Below are positions 31,524-41,012 of a stretch of 47,428 bases of DNA, piece by piece (position 1 is the stretch's first letter; the number at the start of each line of letters is the position of its first letter). The stretch covers positions 1-47,428 of the forward strand of contig JAAFKJ010000005.1 of NCBI GenBank assembly GCA_021399395.1. Reading direction: 5' to 3'. Origin of the DNA: Candidatus Heimdallarchaeota archaeon (GTDB taxonomy: Archaea; Asgardarchaeota; Heimdallarchaeia; Heimdallarchaeales; Heimdallarchaeaceae). The position numbers were made by a program, and so were the translations under genes. The notes beneath the pieces are model-generated. The model was not told the DNA's origin. It did not search any database and saw nothing but the letters and a program-made list of their open reading frames with translations.

Positions 31524-31934
31524 CTATGCTTCTTCTTTTTCAACCACGTGTTCAAGACGTTTAGAATCTGCGTTTACCATAGTAGGCTTAACAATCGGTG
31601 AAGGAAGCGGAAGATCAGCTAAACCAAGATCCTGCATTAGTTGTATATATCGCTCAGTCAAAAAGAATTGTTTTAATTTATACCAAGAGGTTTGGACAAG
31701 TATTGGAAAGTCTTTGAATTCCAATGCACATTCATGCTTATTCATAGATTCTTTTTTGTTAATTTCCCCACACTTAAAACAGTATTTCCATCTTGCGGGA
31801 TGAATATAGAGTTCATCACTACCGGTCATATATGCCCTCAAGCCATCTGTAAAAGAAGTCTTCCATAGATTCTGAGCAAAATTAGCTGCAATTGCACGTA
31901 TTTTGGATTTTTCAGAATCTAATATGTCTGGCAA
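31524..31934 (-). CDS. unrecognised CxxC-HxC protein family, paralog 2
   Basis: (TTG)PDILDSEK...ARWKYCFKCG...HEC...TSWYKLKQFFL; start moved from 32078 by alignment and promoter position. Confidence 0.85.
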   Translation of the reverse strand: MPDILDSEKSKIRAIAANFAQNLWKTSFTDGLRAYMTGSDELYIHPARWKYCFKCGEINKKESMNKHECALEFKDFPILVQTSWYKLKQFFLTERYIQLMQDLGLADLPLPSPIVKPTMVNADSKRLEHVVEKEEA

Positions 31935-31950
31935 GAGAATCACTTTCTTA

Positions 31951-31971
31951 TGTGTACTAGTTTCCGACACA
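31951..31971. promoter_or_regulatory. TGT-N13-ACA palindrome abutting the TATA of paralog 2
   Basis: TGTGTACTAGTTTCCGACACA followed by TATAAAA. Confidence 0.7.
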
Positions 31972-32105
31972 TATAAAAATATTATGGAATTATAAGAAAA
32001 TATTATTTTTAGACCCGACACAAATTGATTTTTTTGCTCATAAAATAAACTATAAAAGGATTTCATCTCATCGTTCATTACTTATAGGGAAATCTCTACA
32101 TGTAA

Positions 32106-32525
32106 ATGAACAAAAAAGACATGGTGATGAAGATGACTGCAAAAACTATGGAGTTAGAATTTGACCAAGAGGAAATCAGCAAAGCTGAAGAAGATTACAA
32201 GAAACTTCAGTTAGATCCCGCTCAGCAGGAAATGGTCGACTCCATAACAAGAATCACAAATGACTTGGTTTCATTGCCTGAAACAGCTGTTAAGAGCTTT
32301 ACATGGAAAGTAATGAATAATTGGCAAAAAATGCGAAGAATTACGATAGCTGAGTTAGAAAACCGTCCCCAAAGAGATAGAATAGATGCAGCTAAAGAGA
32401 TTATCAAACAAGCAAAGAAAGTCTATATAGAACTTCTTTCAGAAGCTACTCCTGAGCAAAGAGAGATGCTAGAGAAGAAATTTGATGGCATTTTAAAACA
32501 GAATTCGGATCTTCTGAAAAATTAG
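32106..32525 (+). CDS. hypothetical alpha-helical protein
   Basis: 139 aa charged helical ORF, divergent from paralog 2. Confidence 0.75.
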   Translation: MNKKDMVMKMTAKTMELEFDQEEISKAEEDYKKLQLDPAQQEMVDSITRITNDLVSLPETAVKSFTWKVMNNWQKMRRITIAELENRPQRDRIDAAKEIIKQAKKVYIELLSEATPEQREMLEKKFDGILKQNSDLLKN

Positions 32526-32591
32526 AATTTCATAAATGTTTCTCAAAAAGATTAATATCTACCTTTTGAATTTATCAGCTAGGTTATTCAG

Positions 32592-34052
32592 ATGGTTAAT
32601 TCAGAGGAGATAATTCAGTGGATAGATTTTAACCAAAAGTGGTTTATAGAGATTGCAGACAAAATCTGGGAATTTGCTGAAATTCGTTTTGAAGAAGTAA
32701 AATCTGCTAAATTACAGATATCAGTTCTAGAAGAGGAAGGGTTTGAAATTTCTAAGGGATTAGCAGATATGCCTACAGCTTTTATTGGAGCATATGGTGA
32801 AGAAGGACCAATTGTGGCAATTCTAGGAGAGTATGATGCTTTATCAGGGCTAAGTCAAAAAGCTGGAAAGTTAGAAAAAGAGTCTATTGAAAAAGATGGT
32901 CATGGTCATGGTTGTGGCCATAATCTTCTTGGAGTAGGTAGTCTGGCAGCAGCTATAGCAGTGAAGCGTTACCTCGAAGCTAATAAGGTCCCGGGAATTG
33001 TTCGTTATTATGGTTGTCCTGGAGAAGAAGGAGGATCTGGCAAAACCTACATGGTTAGAGAAGGGTTGTTTGAGGATGTACATATTGCTTTGTGTTGGCA
33101 TCCATTCAGTACAAATTTCTTATTCAATATTTCGAGTTTAGCAAATATTCAAGCTTATTTCCGTTTTACAGGTAGAAGTGCTCATGCAGCAGGGGCACCC
33201 CATCAAGGTAGATCAGCTTTAGATGCAGTAGAATTAATGAATGTAGGAACAAATTATCTCCGAGAACACATTATTACACAAGCAAGATTACATTATGCAG
33301 TCACCAATACGGGTGGAAATGCACCAAATGTAGTTCAAGCTAATGCAGAAGTTCTTTATTTGATTAGAGCACCCGAAATGCCTCAAGCTCAGGAAATTTA
33401 TGAAAGAGTAATTAAAATTGCTAAAGGAGCTGCTCTAATGACCGAGACTGAAGTAGAAGTTGTTTTTGACAAGGCATCTTCCAATCTAATTCCCAATAAT
33501 GTCATAGGTAATGTGCTATATGAAAGACTTCAGGAAGTAGGTGTACCAGAGTATACTGAAAAAGAATTGGAATGGGGAAGAAAGCTTCAAGAAACATTTG
33601 GAGAGGGAGAACCAGAAGAAGTAACTAATTTTAAAAATTTCGAAAAAGAATTAGGAACAGACATAATTGACAAGATGAGAAAATGTGTCATGTTTGATAC
33701 AATTTTCCCCAACACACTCCCTGAATTTACTCTACCAGGGTCTACAGATGTTGGTGATGTGAGTTGGGTAGTACCTACATCTCAGATTGGAACAGCGAGT
33801 ATGGTAATAGGTACACCGGGTCATTCTTGGCAAGAAGTAACTCAAAGTGCAATGAGTATAGGTCACAAAGGAATGATACTAGCAGCTAAAGTATTAGCTC
33901 TTGTAGCTCTAGATTTTATAGAAAAACCTGAACTTATATTTGAAGCTAAAGAAGAACTGGAGAAAAGATTAGGTTCCAAAGAGTATGAATCGCCTATTGC
34001 TCCTGAAATAAAACCCAATGTTCCTGAATGGGTTTTTGATTCTATGGATTAG
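32592..34052 (+). CDS. abgB: M20 amidohydrolase, p-aminobenzoyl-glutamate hydrolase subunit B-like
   Basis: LGEYDAL, GHGCGHNLLG, CPGEEGG, WHP, GSTDVGDVSW. Confidence 0.88.
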   Translation: MVNSEEIIQWIDFNQKWFIEIADKIWEFAEIRFEEVKSAKLQISVLEEEGFEISKGLADMPTAFIGAYGEEGPIVAILGEYDALSGLSQKAGKLEKESIEKDGHGHGCGHNLLGVGSLAAAIAVKRYLEANKVPGIVRYYGCPGEEGGSGKTYMVREGLFEDVHIALCWHPFSTNFLFNISSLANIQAYFRFTGRSAHAAGAPHQGRSALDAVELMNVGTNYLREHIITQARLHYAVTNTGGNAPNVVQANAEVLYLIRAPEMPQAQEIYERVIKIAKGAALMTETEVEVVFDKASSNLIPNNVIGNVLYERLQEVGVPEYTEKELEWGRKLQETFGEGEPEEVTNFKNFEKELGTDIIDKMRKCVMFDTIFPNTLPEFTLPGSTDVGDVSWVVPTSQIGTASMVIGTPGHSWQEVTQSAMSIGHKGMILAAKVLALVALDFIEKPELIFEAKEELEKRLGSKEYESPIAPEIKPNVPEWVFDSMD

Positions 34053-34117
34053 AGTTAGGAGTTTTTGTAATTTACTAACACTAATAATAGAAAGATTGGT
34101 AATGTAACAAGATAGAT

Positions 34118-34306
34118 ATGAATTCTAAGGAACTGAAAACATGTTGTGGTGGAGAACTTCCTGCTAAGAAAGTTTCAACAGTCTATAAAAACAAAAAATT
34201 ATATTTCTGTGATACACCTTGTCTAGATCTTTTCAATAAAGATCCTGAAAGATTCCTCGGTTCTACTCATTTCAGATTGAATTTTGAACAGCTGGAAGAC
34301 GCTTGA
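34118..34306 (+). CDS. YHS/TRASH domain small protein
   Basis: TCCGG...YKNKKLYFCDTPCLDLFNKDPERF. Confidence 0.8.
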   Translation: MNSKELKTCCGGELPAKKVSTVYKNKKLYFCDTPCLDLFNKDPERFLGSTHFRLNFEQLEDA

Positions 34307-34358
34307 AGACAGTTGAATCTTAATAAAGTTTATGTAGAAGATACCTACAGAGACTTCT

Positions 34359-35216
34359 ATGGGTAATTTTAACTCAGATTTATTCTTTGGGATACTGATT
34401 GGTTTAATTGCTTATATCTTGCTATATATTGGGAAGGGCATACAGAAATATGCAATTACTGGTCTGCAAACTGATAAAACTCTCAAAAGTAAACATTCTG
34501 GAGTTTGGATTATTGGAACAGTTCTAACTGTTTCGTTTATGGGATTGCAGTGGGTTGCATTAGCTGTTTTTCATGCTAATGTTAATATTATTGCGCCATT
34601 TGAAGGAGTGGGTCTAATAAGTCTATTAATTTTCTCATTCTTTGTTCTAAAAGAGAAATTGAATAAGTGGGAGTTGGGAGGAACACTTCTGATAATCACA
34701 GGCACTATAGTGATAACAGTGTTCTATGGAGAAGCAACAGAATTACTCTACTCAGATTTTAATTTGGTTTTCCTTCTAATTATTTTAGGTGCCTTTATTG
34801 TTCCTATTGGAATCCTATCTTATTTTGCTTTTCGTAAACCCTCTAAATTAAAGGGAATTCTTCTAGGTTTATCAGCTGGATCATTTATGGCATTTCAAAC
34901 AATTTCAAAAAGAATCACAGATATTCCTGAGCTTGCTCTGGTTTTTACTTTTGTGACTTTTGCGTTAGCAGCTCTAACATTAGGATACACACAGTTTGCG
35001 TTTACTATGGCAAAAGTTAACATAGTAGTTCTTAGTTTTGCTTCAGTTAGTATAATTTTAACATCAGTTCTAGGTTATTTTGCAATTAATGAAAGTATCT
35101 TACCTGCTCAAATTGGCGGAATAGGGTGTATTATAGCAGGCATTATTCTTATGAACATATTTCAAAAAGATGAAGAATTGATGGAAGAAGAAAAAGAAGG
35201 TCAAAATACTTCATAA
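34359..35216 (+). CDS. DMT/EamA-like membrane transporter
   Basis: About 9 TMs; FFVLKEKL and FAINESI repeat-half motifs. Confidence 0.75.
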   Translation: MGNFNSDLFFGILIGLIAYILLYIGKGIQKYAITGLQTDKTLKSKHSGVWIIGTVLTVSFMGLQWVALAVFHANVNIIAPFEGVGLISLLIFSFFVLKEKLNKWELGGTLLIITGTIVITVFYGEATELLYSDFNLVFLLIILGAFIVPIGILSYFAFRKPSKLKGILLGLSAGSFMAFQTISKRITDIPELALVFTFVTFALAALTLGYTQFAFTMAKVNIVVLSFASVSIILTSVLGYFAINESILPAQIGGIGCIIAGIILMNIFQKDEELMEEEKEGQNTS

Positions 35217-36487
35217 TCTATTGCAGAATGAGCTAATTGTGTTATTCCTCTTAGCACTGAATGGTAGGCTACAATAATAGCGAAACAGAATAGAAATACT
35301 ACTGACCAAACACAAATTGTAATGATACGTCGTATTTTCTCCTTCTTAGTTATTTCTCCACCATAGAGTTTTGAGAGCTGATACAGGATTCCATTTAGAG
35401 AGATTAACTCCAGGAAGACTGCATTAATATAAAATGCGCCTTTAACTGTTGATTTCCCATATTGCCAAACAATCTTTCCTTCTCTGTTTACTTCTAAAAC
35501 AACACCCGCATAATCTCCAGAAATAAGGATGTTACCATTATCCAACATATCAGATTCATAGGGGATTAAAACATTCTTCCTATATTGCCAGAGAATCTCC
35601 TTTGATGTTTTATTAATCTCAATTATTCTGTTATTGAAACAATCAGTTATTAGAAGTCTATCTTCAGATAATTCATCAGCATCTCGAGGCCATCGAAGCC
35701 CTTCATCATACTGCCAAACTATCTGTTTTGTTGTCCTATTAATTTCAACTATTCGATCACCCAGAGAATCAGCGATGATAATATTTCCATTGCTTAGATA
35801 ATCAGGATTATGTTGTTTGCTTACCATAGACGCATTTCGAAAATCACCATACCACCAGACAATGTTATCAGGATTATTTTCTGGACCCAAAATCTCTGCA
35901 GTATAATTCACTTCTACAACTAAATCAAAATTCCTTAAAGAAATCAAACAAGCATCCCATGTACTGTATTGTCTGAAATCAACATCATTTACATGTGTAA
36001 AGTCATATACTGTCGGATTATTATAATAATGATCGGCACCCCAGTCTGGATTTACCTCTGTCCAGTTGATCTTTTTAGGTTCCCAGCTCCAAATTATGTT
36101 TGTATTTGGGTAGTCTATTTCTATAACCCTATCATAGTTAGTATCTGCAACAAGCAAGTGTCCAGAAGGTATCTCTTCTACTTCATGTGGTGTCCCTAGC
36201 CCTATTACCTCCCAGACTACGTTCCCCTCTTGATTCACCTCTATAATACGATGTTTCTTATTATTTGGATCAAGCTCCTCTTGTTCAGTATACCTACCAA
36301 TATGTGCAAGCATTTGTGCAAATGAAGTTGTACAAATTAAGGTGTTACCATTGGCTTTCCTATCTACATCGTGGGGAGCTTCAATTAATCTAGCTCTAGA
36401 ATAGGTTAGAAAAAAGGTTAAGTTAGTGATGATCATTAGAAGAAGTAGTGAACCAAGAATCTTCAATCTGTGTTTATACTTAATCAT
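35201..36487 (-). CDS. membrane-anchored beta-propeller, arylsulfotransferase (ASST)-like
   Basis: Repeated IIEV...G.IVW blades, DFTHVNDVD, QHNPD; terminal TMs. Confidence 0.75.
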   Translation of the reverse strand: MIKYKHRLKILGSLLLLMIITNLTFFLTYSRARLIEAPHDVDRKANGNTLICTTSFAQMLAHIGRYTEQEELDPNNKKHRIIEVNQEGNVVWEVIGLGTPHEVEEIPSGHLLVADTNYDRVIEIDYPNTNIIWSWEPKKINWTEVNPDWGADHYYNNPTVYDFTHVNDVDFRQYSTWDACLISLRNFDLVVEVNYTAEILGPENNPDNIVWWYGDFRNASMVSKQHNPDYLSNGNIIIADSLGDRIVEINRTTKQIVWQYDEGLRWPRDADELSEDRLLITDCFNNRIIEINKTSKEILWQYRKNVLIPYESDMLDNGNILISGDYAGVVLEVNREGKIVWQYGKSTVKGAFYINAVFLELISLNGILYQLSKLYGGEITKKEKIRRIITICVWSVVFLFCFAIIVAYHSVLRGITQLAHSAIDYEVF

Positions 36488-36527
36488 AAATCAGACCAAA
36501 AGAAGATTAGATGAGTTCTTTTAAAAT

Positions 36528-37796
36528 TTATCCATAAATTGATGTATCTGCAATTGTTTCAGGATAATCCTCATCGTCTACTTCTTCTTTTCTCTTCTTT
36601 ATTTCCTTTGCAGCTGGTTGTTTTCTATACCTTTGCTTATCGTTTTCTCTTTCTTCCCTAGTAAGATAGAATCTACGAATATCTTTCTTCATGAACATTT
36701 CAATACGTCTTATCATGTTCATTTCTTCATGATCAACAAGCGATATGGCCATTCCAGTTCTCTCCATCCTCGAAGTTCTACCAATTCTATGAACATAATT
36801 CTCGGGATTACCCACTGGCAAATCATAATTGAAGATATGTGAAACATGAGGAATATCTAAACCTCTAGCAGCGACGTCGGTCGCAATTAAACAGGTTATT
36901 TTCCTTTTCCTAAAATCACTCATTGCAATCTCTCGTTGTCTTTGAGACATGTCTCCCTGTAAAAGTCCAACTTTGAGATCTACTCTTTTATCTTTAACCA
37001 TTCTTTTATTCAGGTTGTCTCCCCATCGTTTAGTATTTACAAAAACAATACAAGACTTAGGTTTCTCTCGCTGAAGCAGTCTAATAAATGAGTTATACTT
37101 CTGCTTAGTGTCACTAACTTCATAGTAATATTGTTTACATGAAGAGACAGTTATATCATCACGGCTGACATCAATCTCAACTATATTCTCGTCCAGACTA
37201 TAATCCATCATGATGTTCTTTACTTCTGGCAACATTGTAGCAGAAAAAAGAAGCAGTCTAGGATAAACGTTTTTCATTGCACCAAACAGTATAAAGTCTA
37301 CATCAGGAAGGAATCCCATATCGAGCATTCTATCTGCTTCATCCAGAACTGCAAATTTAACATCTCTGAAGGTTATTGCATTACGATTGAATAAGTCAAT
37401 CAATCTCCCAGGTGTAGCCACAACTATCTGTGCACCGTCTTTAATTTTTTCAATCTGTCTGTTTATAGAAACACCTCCATAAACTTCAACAGCTTTTAAT
37501 CCCACATTTCTACCAAGTTTGGAAATAACATGATATACTTGTTTGCATAATTCTCTAGTAGGTACTAGTATAAGAGCTTGTACTTTTCTTAAGGAAGGAT
37601 CGAGAAATTCTACAATAGGAATTGAGAACGCTAATGTTTTCCCAGTTCCAGTTTTAGCTTGTGCCAAAATATGTGTATTTTCGCCCTTCAAAATTTCTGG
37701 TATTGCTTTTTCTTGAATATCTGTTGGGGTATGTATCCCCATTTCATCCAAAGATTTCTTAATTCCATCTCGGATGTTGTAATCGTTAAATTTCAT
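36528..37796 (-). CDS. DEAD-box RNA helicase with acidic tail
   Basis: AKTGTGKT, PTRELC, LDEAD, SAT, HRIGRTSR; close paralog of 17657-19003. Confidence 0.95.
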   Translation of the reverse strand: MKFNDYNIRDGIKKSLDEMGIHTPTDIQEKAIPEILKGENTHILAQAKTGTGKTLAFSIPIVEFLDPSLRKVQALILVPTRELCKQVYHVISKLGRNVGLKAVEVYGGVSINRQIEKIKDGAQIVVATPGRLIDLFNRNAITFRDVKFAVLDEADRMLDMGFLPDVDFILFGAMKNVYPRLLLFSATMLPEVKNIMMDYSLDENIVEIDVSRDDITVSSCKQYYYEVSDTKQKYNSFIRLLQREKPKSCIVFVNTKRWGDNLNKRMVKDKRVDLKVGLLQGDMSQRQREIAMSDFRKRKITCLIATDVAARGLDIPHVSHIFNYDLPVGNPENYVHRIGRTSRMERTGMAISLVDHEEMNMIRRIEMFMKKDIRRFYLTREERENDKQRYRKQPAAKEIKKRKEEVDDEDYPETIADTSIYG

Positions 37797-37896
37797 ACGT
37801 ATCAGTTGCTTTTTTGTAATAGCTAAGTTGTATTGAGCAGTTGCTAATTCTTAACTTGCCTTAAATTGTTGAACAAAATTGCGTTTTTCTTGTGTT

Positions 37897-37941
37897 TAAT
37901 CTTCCTCAACTTTGAGCTAATTTCTCTGTATTGTTTTAAAA
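37897..37941 (-). promoter_or_regulatory. TATA box plus conserved 15-nt leader motif of DEAD-box gene 2
   Basis: Minus strand TTTTAAA-N23-AGTTGAGGAAGATTA. Confidence 0.75.
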
Positions 37942-37976
37942 TGCTTTGTTTTTGCGACTTGATAAGATTTTCAGGT

Positions 37977-38345
37977 TTAGGTATCATTACAATGGTCTAT
38001 ACGCATGTTATCCTTATGATTCACACCTAGTTCTTCAAGAACTTGGATATAACCAGATTCTAAGAAGAAGTCTTTAAGTTTGAACCACGATGTTGAAACT
38101 AAAACTTGAACATTATGAGAAACTAATGTGGGACAGATATGATTTGGTTTATTGAATTCTTCTGGTAATCCTATTCTTCCACATATCAAACAATATTTCC
38201 ATCTTGCAGATCTCTTGTACAAGCTGTTAAAAGTGAAATGATATAATTGAGACCCGTTTTTGAAACTCAATTTTGAAAGAACACCACTAAAACACTTAGC
38301 TAATATCTTTATGTCGTTTTTTTCCTTATAGGATATATCTGGCAT
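37977..38345 (-). CDS. unrecognised CxxC-HxC protein family, paralog 3
   Basis: MPDI...ARWKYCLICG...HIC...TSWFKLKDFFL. Confidence 0.85.
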   Translation of the reverse strand: MPDISYKEKNDIKILAKCFSGVLSKLSFKNGSQLYHFTFNSLYKRSARWKYCLICGRIGLPEEFNKPNHICPTLVSHNVQVLVSTSWFKLKDFFLESGYIQVLEELGVNHKDNMRIDHCNDT

Positions 38346-38371
38346 TCTGGAAGACTCTCAGTTCCACACTA

Positions 38372-38390
38372 TGTACCTAAAAACAACACA
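38372..38390. promoter_or_regulatory. TGT-N13-ACA palindrome next to the TATA of paralog 3
   Basis: TGTACCTAAAAACAACACA then ATATAAA at 38393-38399. Confidence 0.6.
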
Positions 38391-38444
38391 AGATATAAAT
38401 GTTATGTGTGAAATTATCACTATATAAAAAAAAGAAATACTAAG

Positions 38445-38915
38445 TTAAGCTGTGCTATCTTGCTTAACTCCTTCAGATAAGCGCTCTGCTTTACTTTTAA
38501 CAGGAATTTTCTCAACAATAGGCTGTTGATAAGGAATATCCTTTACGCCTGCTTTTTCAAGAGCTTTGGCATACTTTTCTGTCATAAAAAATGCTTTCAA
38601 TTTATACCAGGAAGTAGTAATAAGTACTGGAAAGTGATTAACACCCATTGTGCATTTGTGAACTCTATCATGAGCTTTCTTTCTGTTAGAAGTACCCATT
38701 TTCTTTAATTCATGTTCATCCAACATATCTTCAGTGGATTCAATTTCGCCACATTTCAAACAGTACTTCCATCTTGCTGATCGGATATACAATGATTCAT
38801 ATGTATCAGAATAAATAAGCAATCCCTCGTTAAATGGAGAAACTATAAGTTTCATGGCGTATTTTTTTGCAAGGGAACGAATGAATTGTTGTTCTGCATT
38901 TGATATTTTTGGCAT
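38445..38915 (-). CDS. unrecognised CxxC-HxC protein family, paralog 4
   Basis: MPKI...ARWKYCLKCG...HKC...TSWYKLKAFFM; GGTGA SD before ATG 38915. Confidence 0.85.
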   Translation of the reverse strand: MPKISNAEQQFIRSLAKKYAMKLIVSPFNEGLLIYSDTYESLYIRSARWKYCLKCGEIESTEDMLDEHELKKMGTSNRKKAHDRVHKCTMGVNHFPVLITTSWYKLKAFFMTEKYAKALEKAGVKDIPYQQPIVEKIPVKSKAERLSEGVKQDSTA

Positions 38916-38987
38916 AAGTTTCACCAGTTATGTGTATATGAAGCATAACATATTAAATATATTTGCTTTTGTATTTAACAAAATAAA

Positions 38988-39135
38988 GTCACAGTGAAAT
39001 CATGGGTACATATTGATTCTGTAAAACTTATATTGGCACAATTGCAGTGTGTGTAGGAAGGTCATATATCTAGATGGAGAAGAGATTTACAAAGCAGGTA
39101 AATGGTTGATACCTAGAATAAAAGAAAAAACTTGA
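38988..39135 (+). pseudogene. possible frameshifted remnant of an M29 aminopeptidase C-terminus
   Basis: VTVKSWVHIDSVK then, after a frame change, IYLDGEEIYKAGKWLI; resembles the HxD...IxxDGxxIxxxGxxxI ending of M29 peptidases. Confidence 0.3.
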
Positions 39136-39160
39136 TTCGAAGAGTATTTACTCTTTTTTC

Positions 39161-39199
39161 AAAAAAAAAAAAAAAAGATGAAAGGACTAAGTCTCATCG
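39161..39199 (-). terminator. hairpin plus long oligo-T terminator after the 47 aa membrane micro-protein
   Basis: Minus strand GATGAGAC-TTA-GTC-CTT-TCATC followed by a run of about 16 T. Confidence 0.65.
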
Positions 39200-39206
39200 T
39201 CATTTT

Positions 39207-39350
39207 TTAATTAGATAACATCGAAAGAGAAAGAACCCCTGCAATAATTATGACAGACAGAGATACTATGTAAACTACTAATCTCCAAGTAATTGAAAGG
39301 GTTTTTTCAATTCTAAAACGTCTAATAAATTTTCTTTCATTTCCAATCAT
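39207..39350 (-). CDS. 47 aa single-TM micro-protein (below ORF-track cutoff)
   Basis: MIGNERKFIRRFRIEKTLSITWRLVVYIVSLSVIIIAGVLSLSMLSN; GAGGTG SD; terminator downstream. Confidence 0.75.
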   Translation of the reverse strand: MIGNERKFIRRFRIEKTLSITWRLVVYIVSLSVIIIAGVLSLSMLSN

Positions 39351-39404
39351 ATTTTACACCTCATTTCGAAAAATGTTTAAGTCTCATTTAAGATCAATCA
39401 GGAG

Positions 39405-39565
39405 TATCATCGTGGAGAAGAGGAAAGGATCAGGAAACAGTTAGCGACACACAAGCTCTGGGTTGGTTAGAGTTTGTTGTTTCCTGATCCTCAGCAGATG
39501 GTGAGCTCTGCAGGTTTGTCTGTTCAGCAAGATACAAACAGCGTGAGTTCTTGGATGTGATGATA
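39405..39565 (+). ncRNA. candidate ~160 nt structured RNA
   Basis: Closing stem TATCATC/GATGATA; perfect 14-bp stem 39426-39439/39478-39491 with an inner stem; two further hairpins; mismatches are G-U on the + strand. Confidence 0.55.
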
Positions 39566-39614
39566 ATCGTAAAATAATAAATGAGAGGAAAAGTGAGGAT
39601 TCACTTCTCGTCAC

Positions 39615-39761
39615 TTATATAACTATTCTACTGAATGCAGGAGCTAAACCAACTACGATACCGACTGCGAACAATGGTAATGCATATCTTAACGTTCTCC
39701 AAAGATAGATGATTGGTCGAGACACTTGGATCTTAGATAGGAATTTTGGCAGACTTAACAC
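39615..39761 (-). CDS. 48 aa hydrophobic micro-protein (below cutoff)
   Basis: (GTG)LSLPKFLSKIQVSRPIIYLWRTLRYALPLFAVGIVVGLAPAFSRIVI; GGAGGTG SD; hairpin downstream. Confidence 0.7.
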   Translation of the reverse strand: MLSLPKFLSKIQVSRPIIYLWRTLRYALPLFAVGIVVGLAPAFSRIVI

Positions 39762-39809
39762 ACTTTACACCTCCGTTTCATTTTTAGTAAGGGGGATTGA
39801 AGACCCAGC

Positions 39810-39959
39810 TTATCCTGCGAGAGGAATTCGCTGAGTTAGCAATCTTTCAGAGCGTGCTTTTGCTCTAAGGGTGCGTCGAGCTCTTTTTAACTCGCTTAAC
39901 TCCTTTTGGAGGTCCCTGATCTCTTGGTCCAGTAATCTGGAAAGTTCATGTTCGTTCAT
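39810..39959 (-). CDS. 49 aa coiled-coil/basic micro-protein, copy A
   Basis: MNEHELSRLLDQEIRDLQKELSELKRARRTLRAKARSERLLTQRIPLAG; GGTGA SD; paralog at 41013-41159. Confidence 0.85.
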   Translation of the reverse strand: MNEHELSRLLDQEIRDLQKELSELKRARRTLRAKARSERLLTQRIPLAG

Positions 39960-39985
39960 TTTTTTCACCGTTTGAGTTTTTCTTA

Positions 39986-40055
39986 TGTCTGAACAAATCC
40001 GACATCCTATATAAAGGCATTTTTAGAAGTCAGAATTGTCGGTTTTACTCCGACA
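39986..40055. promoter_or_regulatory. two TGTC-N11-GACA palindromes (39986-40004, 40037-40055) flanking the TATA of micro-operon A
   Basis: ATGTCTGAACAAATCCGACAT and TTGTCGGTTTTACTCCGACAT; TATATAAA at about 40008-40016. Confidence 0.75.
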
Positions 40056-40139
40056 TGTAAAAAGTGTGAAAAATGAGTGAAACACACGCGTTAGTGCAAA
40101 ATATTGCACATACGAGAAGAATTATAATGAGTAAAAGAA

Positions 40140-40156
40140 TAGGCAAGTTTTGCCTA
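40140..40156. promoter_or_regulatory. GGCAA-N3-TTGCC palindrome
   Basis: TAGGCAAGTTTTGCCTA. Confidence 0.65.
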
Positions 40157-40240
40157 AGATGTCGGATTGTAACTACAATCTTGATCCAAAAATCATTTAA
40201 AAAATGGGAAGTTTCATGAAAAAATAGGGAGAAAAAGAGA

Positions 40241-40669
40241 TTATTTTTCTGTTACCAAAGCATCGGTTACTTGTATTTCTTTAACTGAGGTAGGTACTTC
40301 TTCAGTTGTTTCACTAGGCACAGTAACAATCTCGCGTATGTCTGAGTCTACACCAATAGCTTCTAGTGCTTTTGCATACCGTTGTGTCAAAAAGAAGTCT
40401 TCTAATTCCTTCCAGCTTGTTGTTACTAATACTTGAAAGCTTTTGAAATCAAGAGCACAAGAATGGTTTTCCTTCTTTAATTTTGTTGCAGCGTCTATTT
40501 CGCCACATTTTAAACATAGCCGAATTCGAGAGGATCCGTCATATAATTCATTAATAGTATTTTGATAAAGTGATAAACCTGAATCAAACGGAGCATTGCG
40601 TAAATCAAGTGCAAAATGCTTCGCTCTGTAGCGTATCCTTTGTTTTTTAGCGGCGGTCATGTCTGTCAT
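40241..40669 (-). CDS. unrecognised CxxC-HxC protein family, paralog 5
   Basis: MTDM...SRIRLCLKCG...HSC...TSWKELEDFFL. Confidence 0.85.
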   Translation of the reverse strand: MTDMTAAKKQRIRYRAKHFALDLRNAPFDSGLSLYQNTINELYDGSSRIRLCLKCGEIDAATKLKKENHSCALDFKSFQVLVTTSWKELEDFFLTQRYAKALEAIGVDSDIREIVTVPSETTEEVPTSVKEIQVTDALVTEK

Positions 40670-40680
40670 ATAACATCTCT

Positions 40681-40703
40681 CATGTAGTATCTAATCATAC
40701 ATG
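40681..40703. promoter_or_regulatory. TGT-N13-ACA palindrome abutting the TATA of paralog 5
   Basis: CATGTA-N11-TACATG then TTTAAAA. Confidence 0.75.
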
Positions 40704-40723
40704 TTTAAAAGTGTTCGGCAATT

Positions 40724-40736
40724 GGCAAAAATTGCC
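40724..40736. promoter_or_regulatory. GGCAA-N3-TTGCC palindrome
   Basis: GGCAAAAATTGCC, 13 nt upstream of the paralog 5 TATA. Confidence 0.65.
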
Positions 40737-40818
40737 TTTGTCGTTAAATCAAAGTTTTCTAAGACTAGGAGAATAATAAATTACCAATATTCTGGTAAAA
40801 AAAAGAAAAATCAAATTT

Positions 40819-40971
40819 CTAAAGAAAGAAACTTGATAAAGCAGTTAAGGCAATCAACCCTAACACCATTAACAAACTAAAAAGAAATGCATATCCCATA
40901 ACAATCAACGCTTTCTCTTTCATATTTTCGATTTTCATTTGTCTTCTTACATTTACTACTTTGTTTGCCAT
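40819..40971 (-). CDS. 50 aa single-TM micro-protein (below cutoff)
   Basis: MANKVVNVRRQMKIENMKEKALIVMGYAFLFSLLMVLGLIALTALSSFFL; GGAGGTG SD; T-rich tract after the stop. Confidence 0.75.
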   Translation of the reverse strand: MANKVVNVRRQMKIENMKEKALIVMGYAFLFSLLMVLGLIALTALSSFFL

Positions 40972-41012
40972 ATTAGACACCTCCACGTGTATGACGTTTT
41001 ACTAGAACCAGG

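Noticed and set aside
31935-32078. N-terminal extension of paralog 2 (likewise 41604-41672 for paralog 6)
   Set aside because: Family alignment begins at (M/L)PD, and the extensions contain the TATA box and operator.
39557-39634. C/D box sRNA (GTGATGA ... CTGA)
   Set aside because: No convincing D'/C' boxes, and the C-like motif is used in the closing stem of the larger fold.
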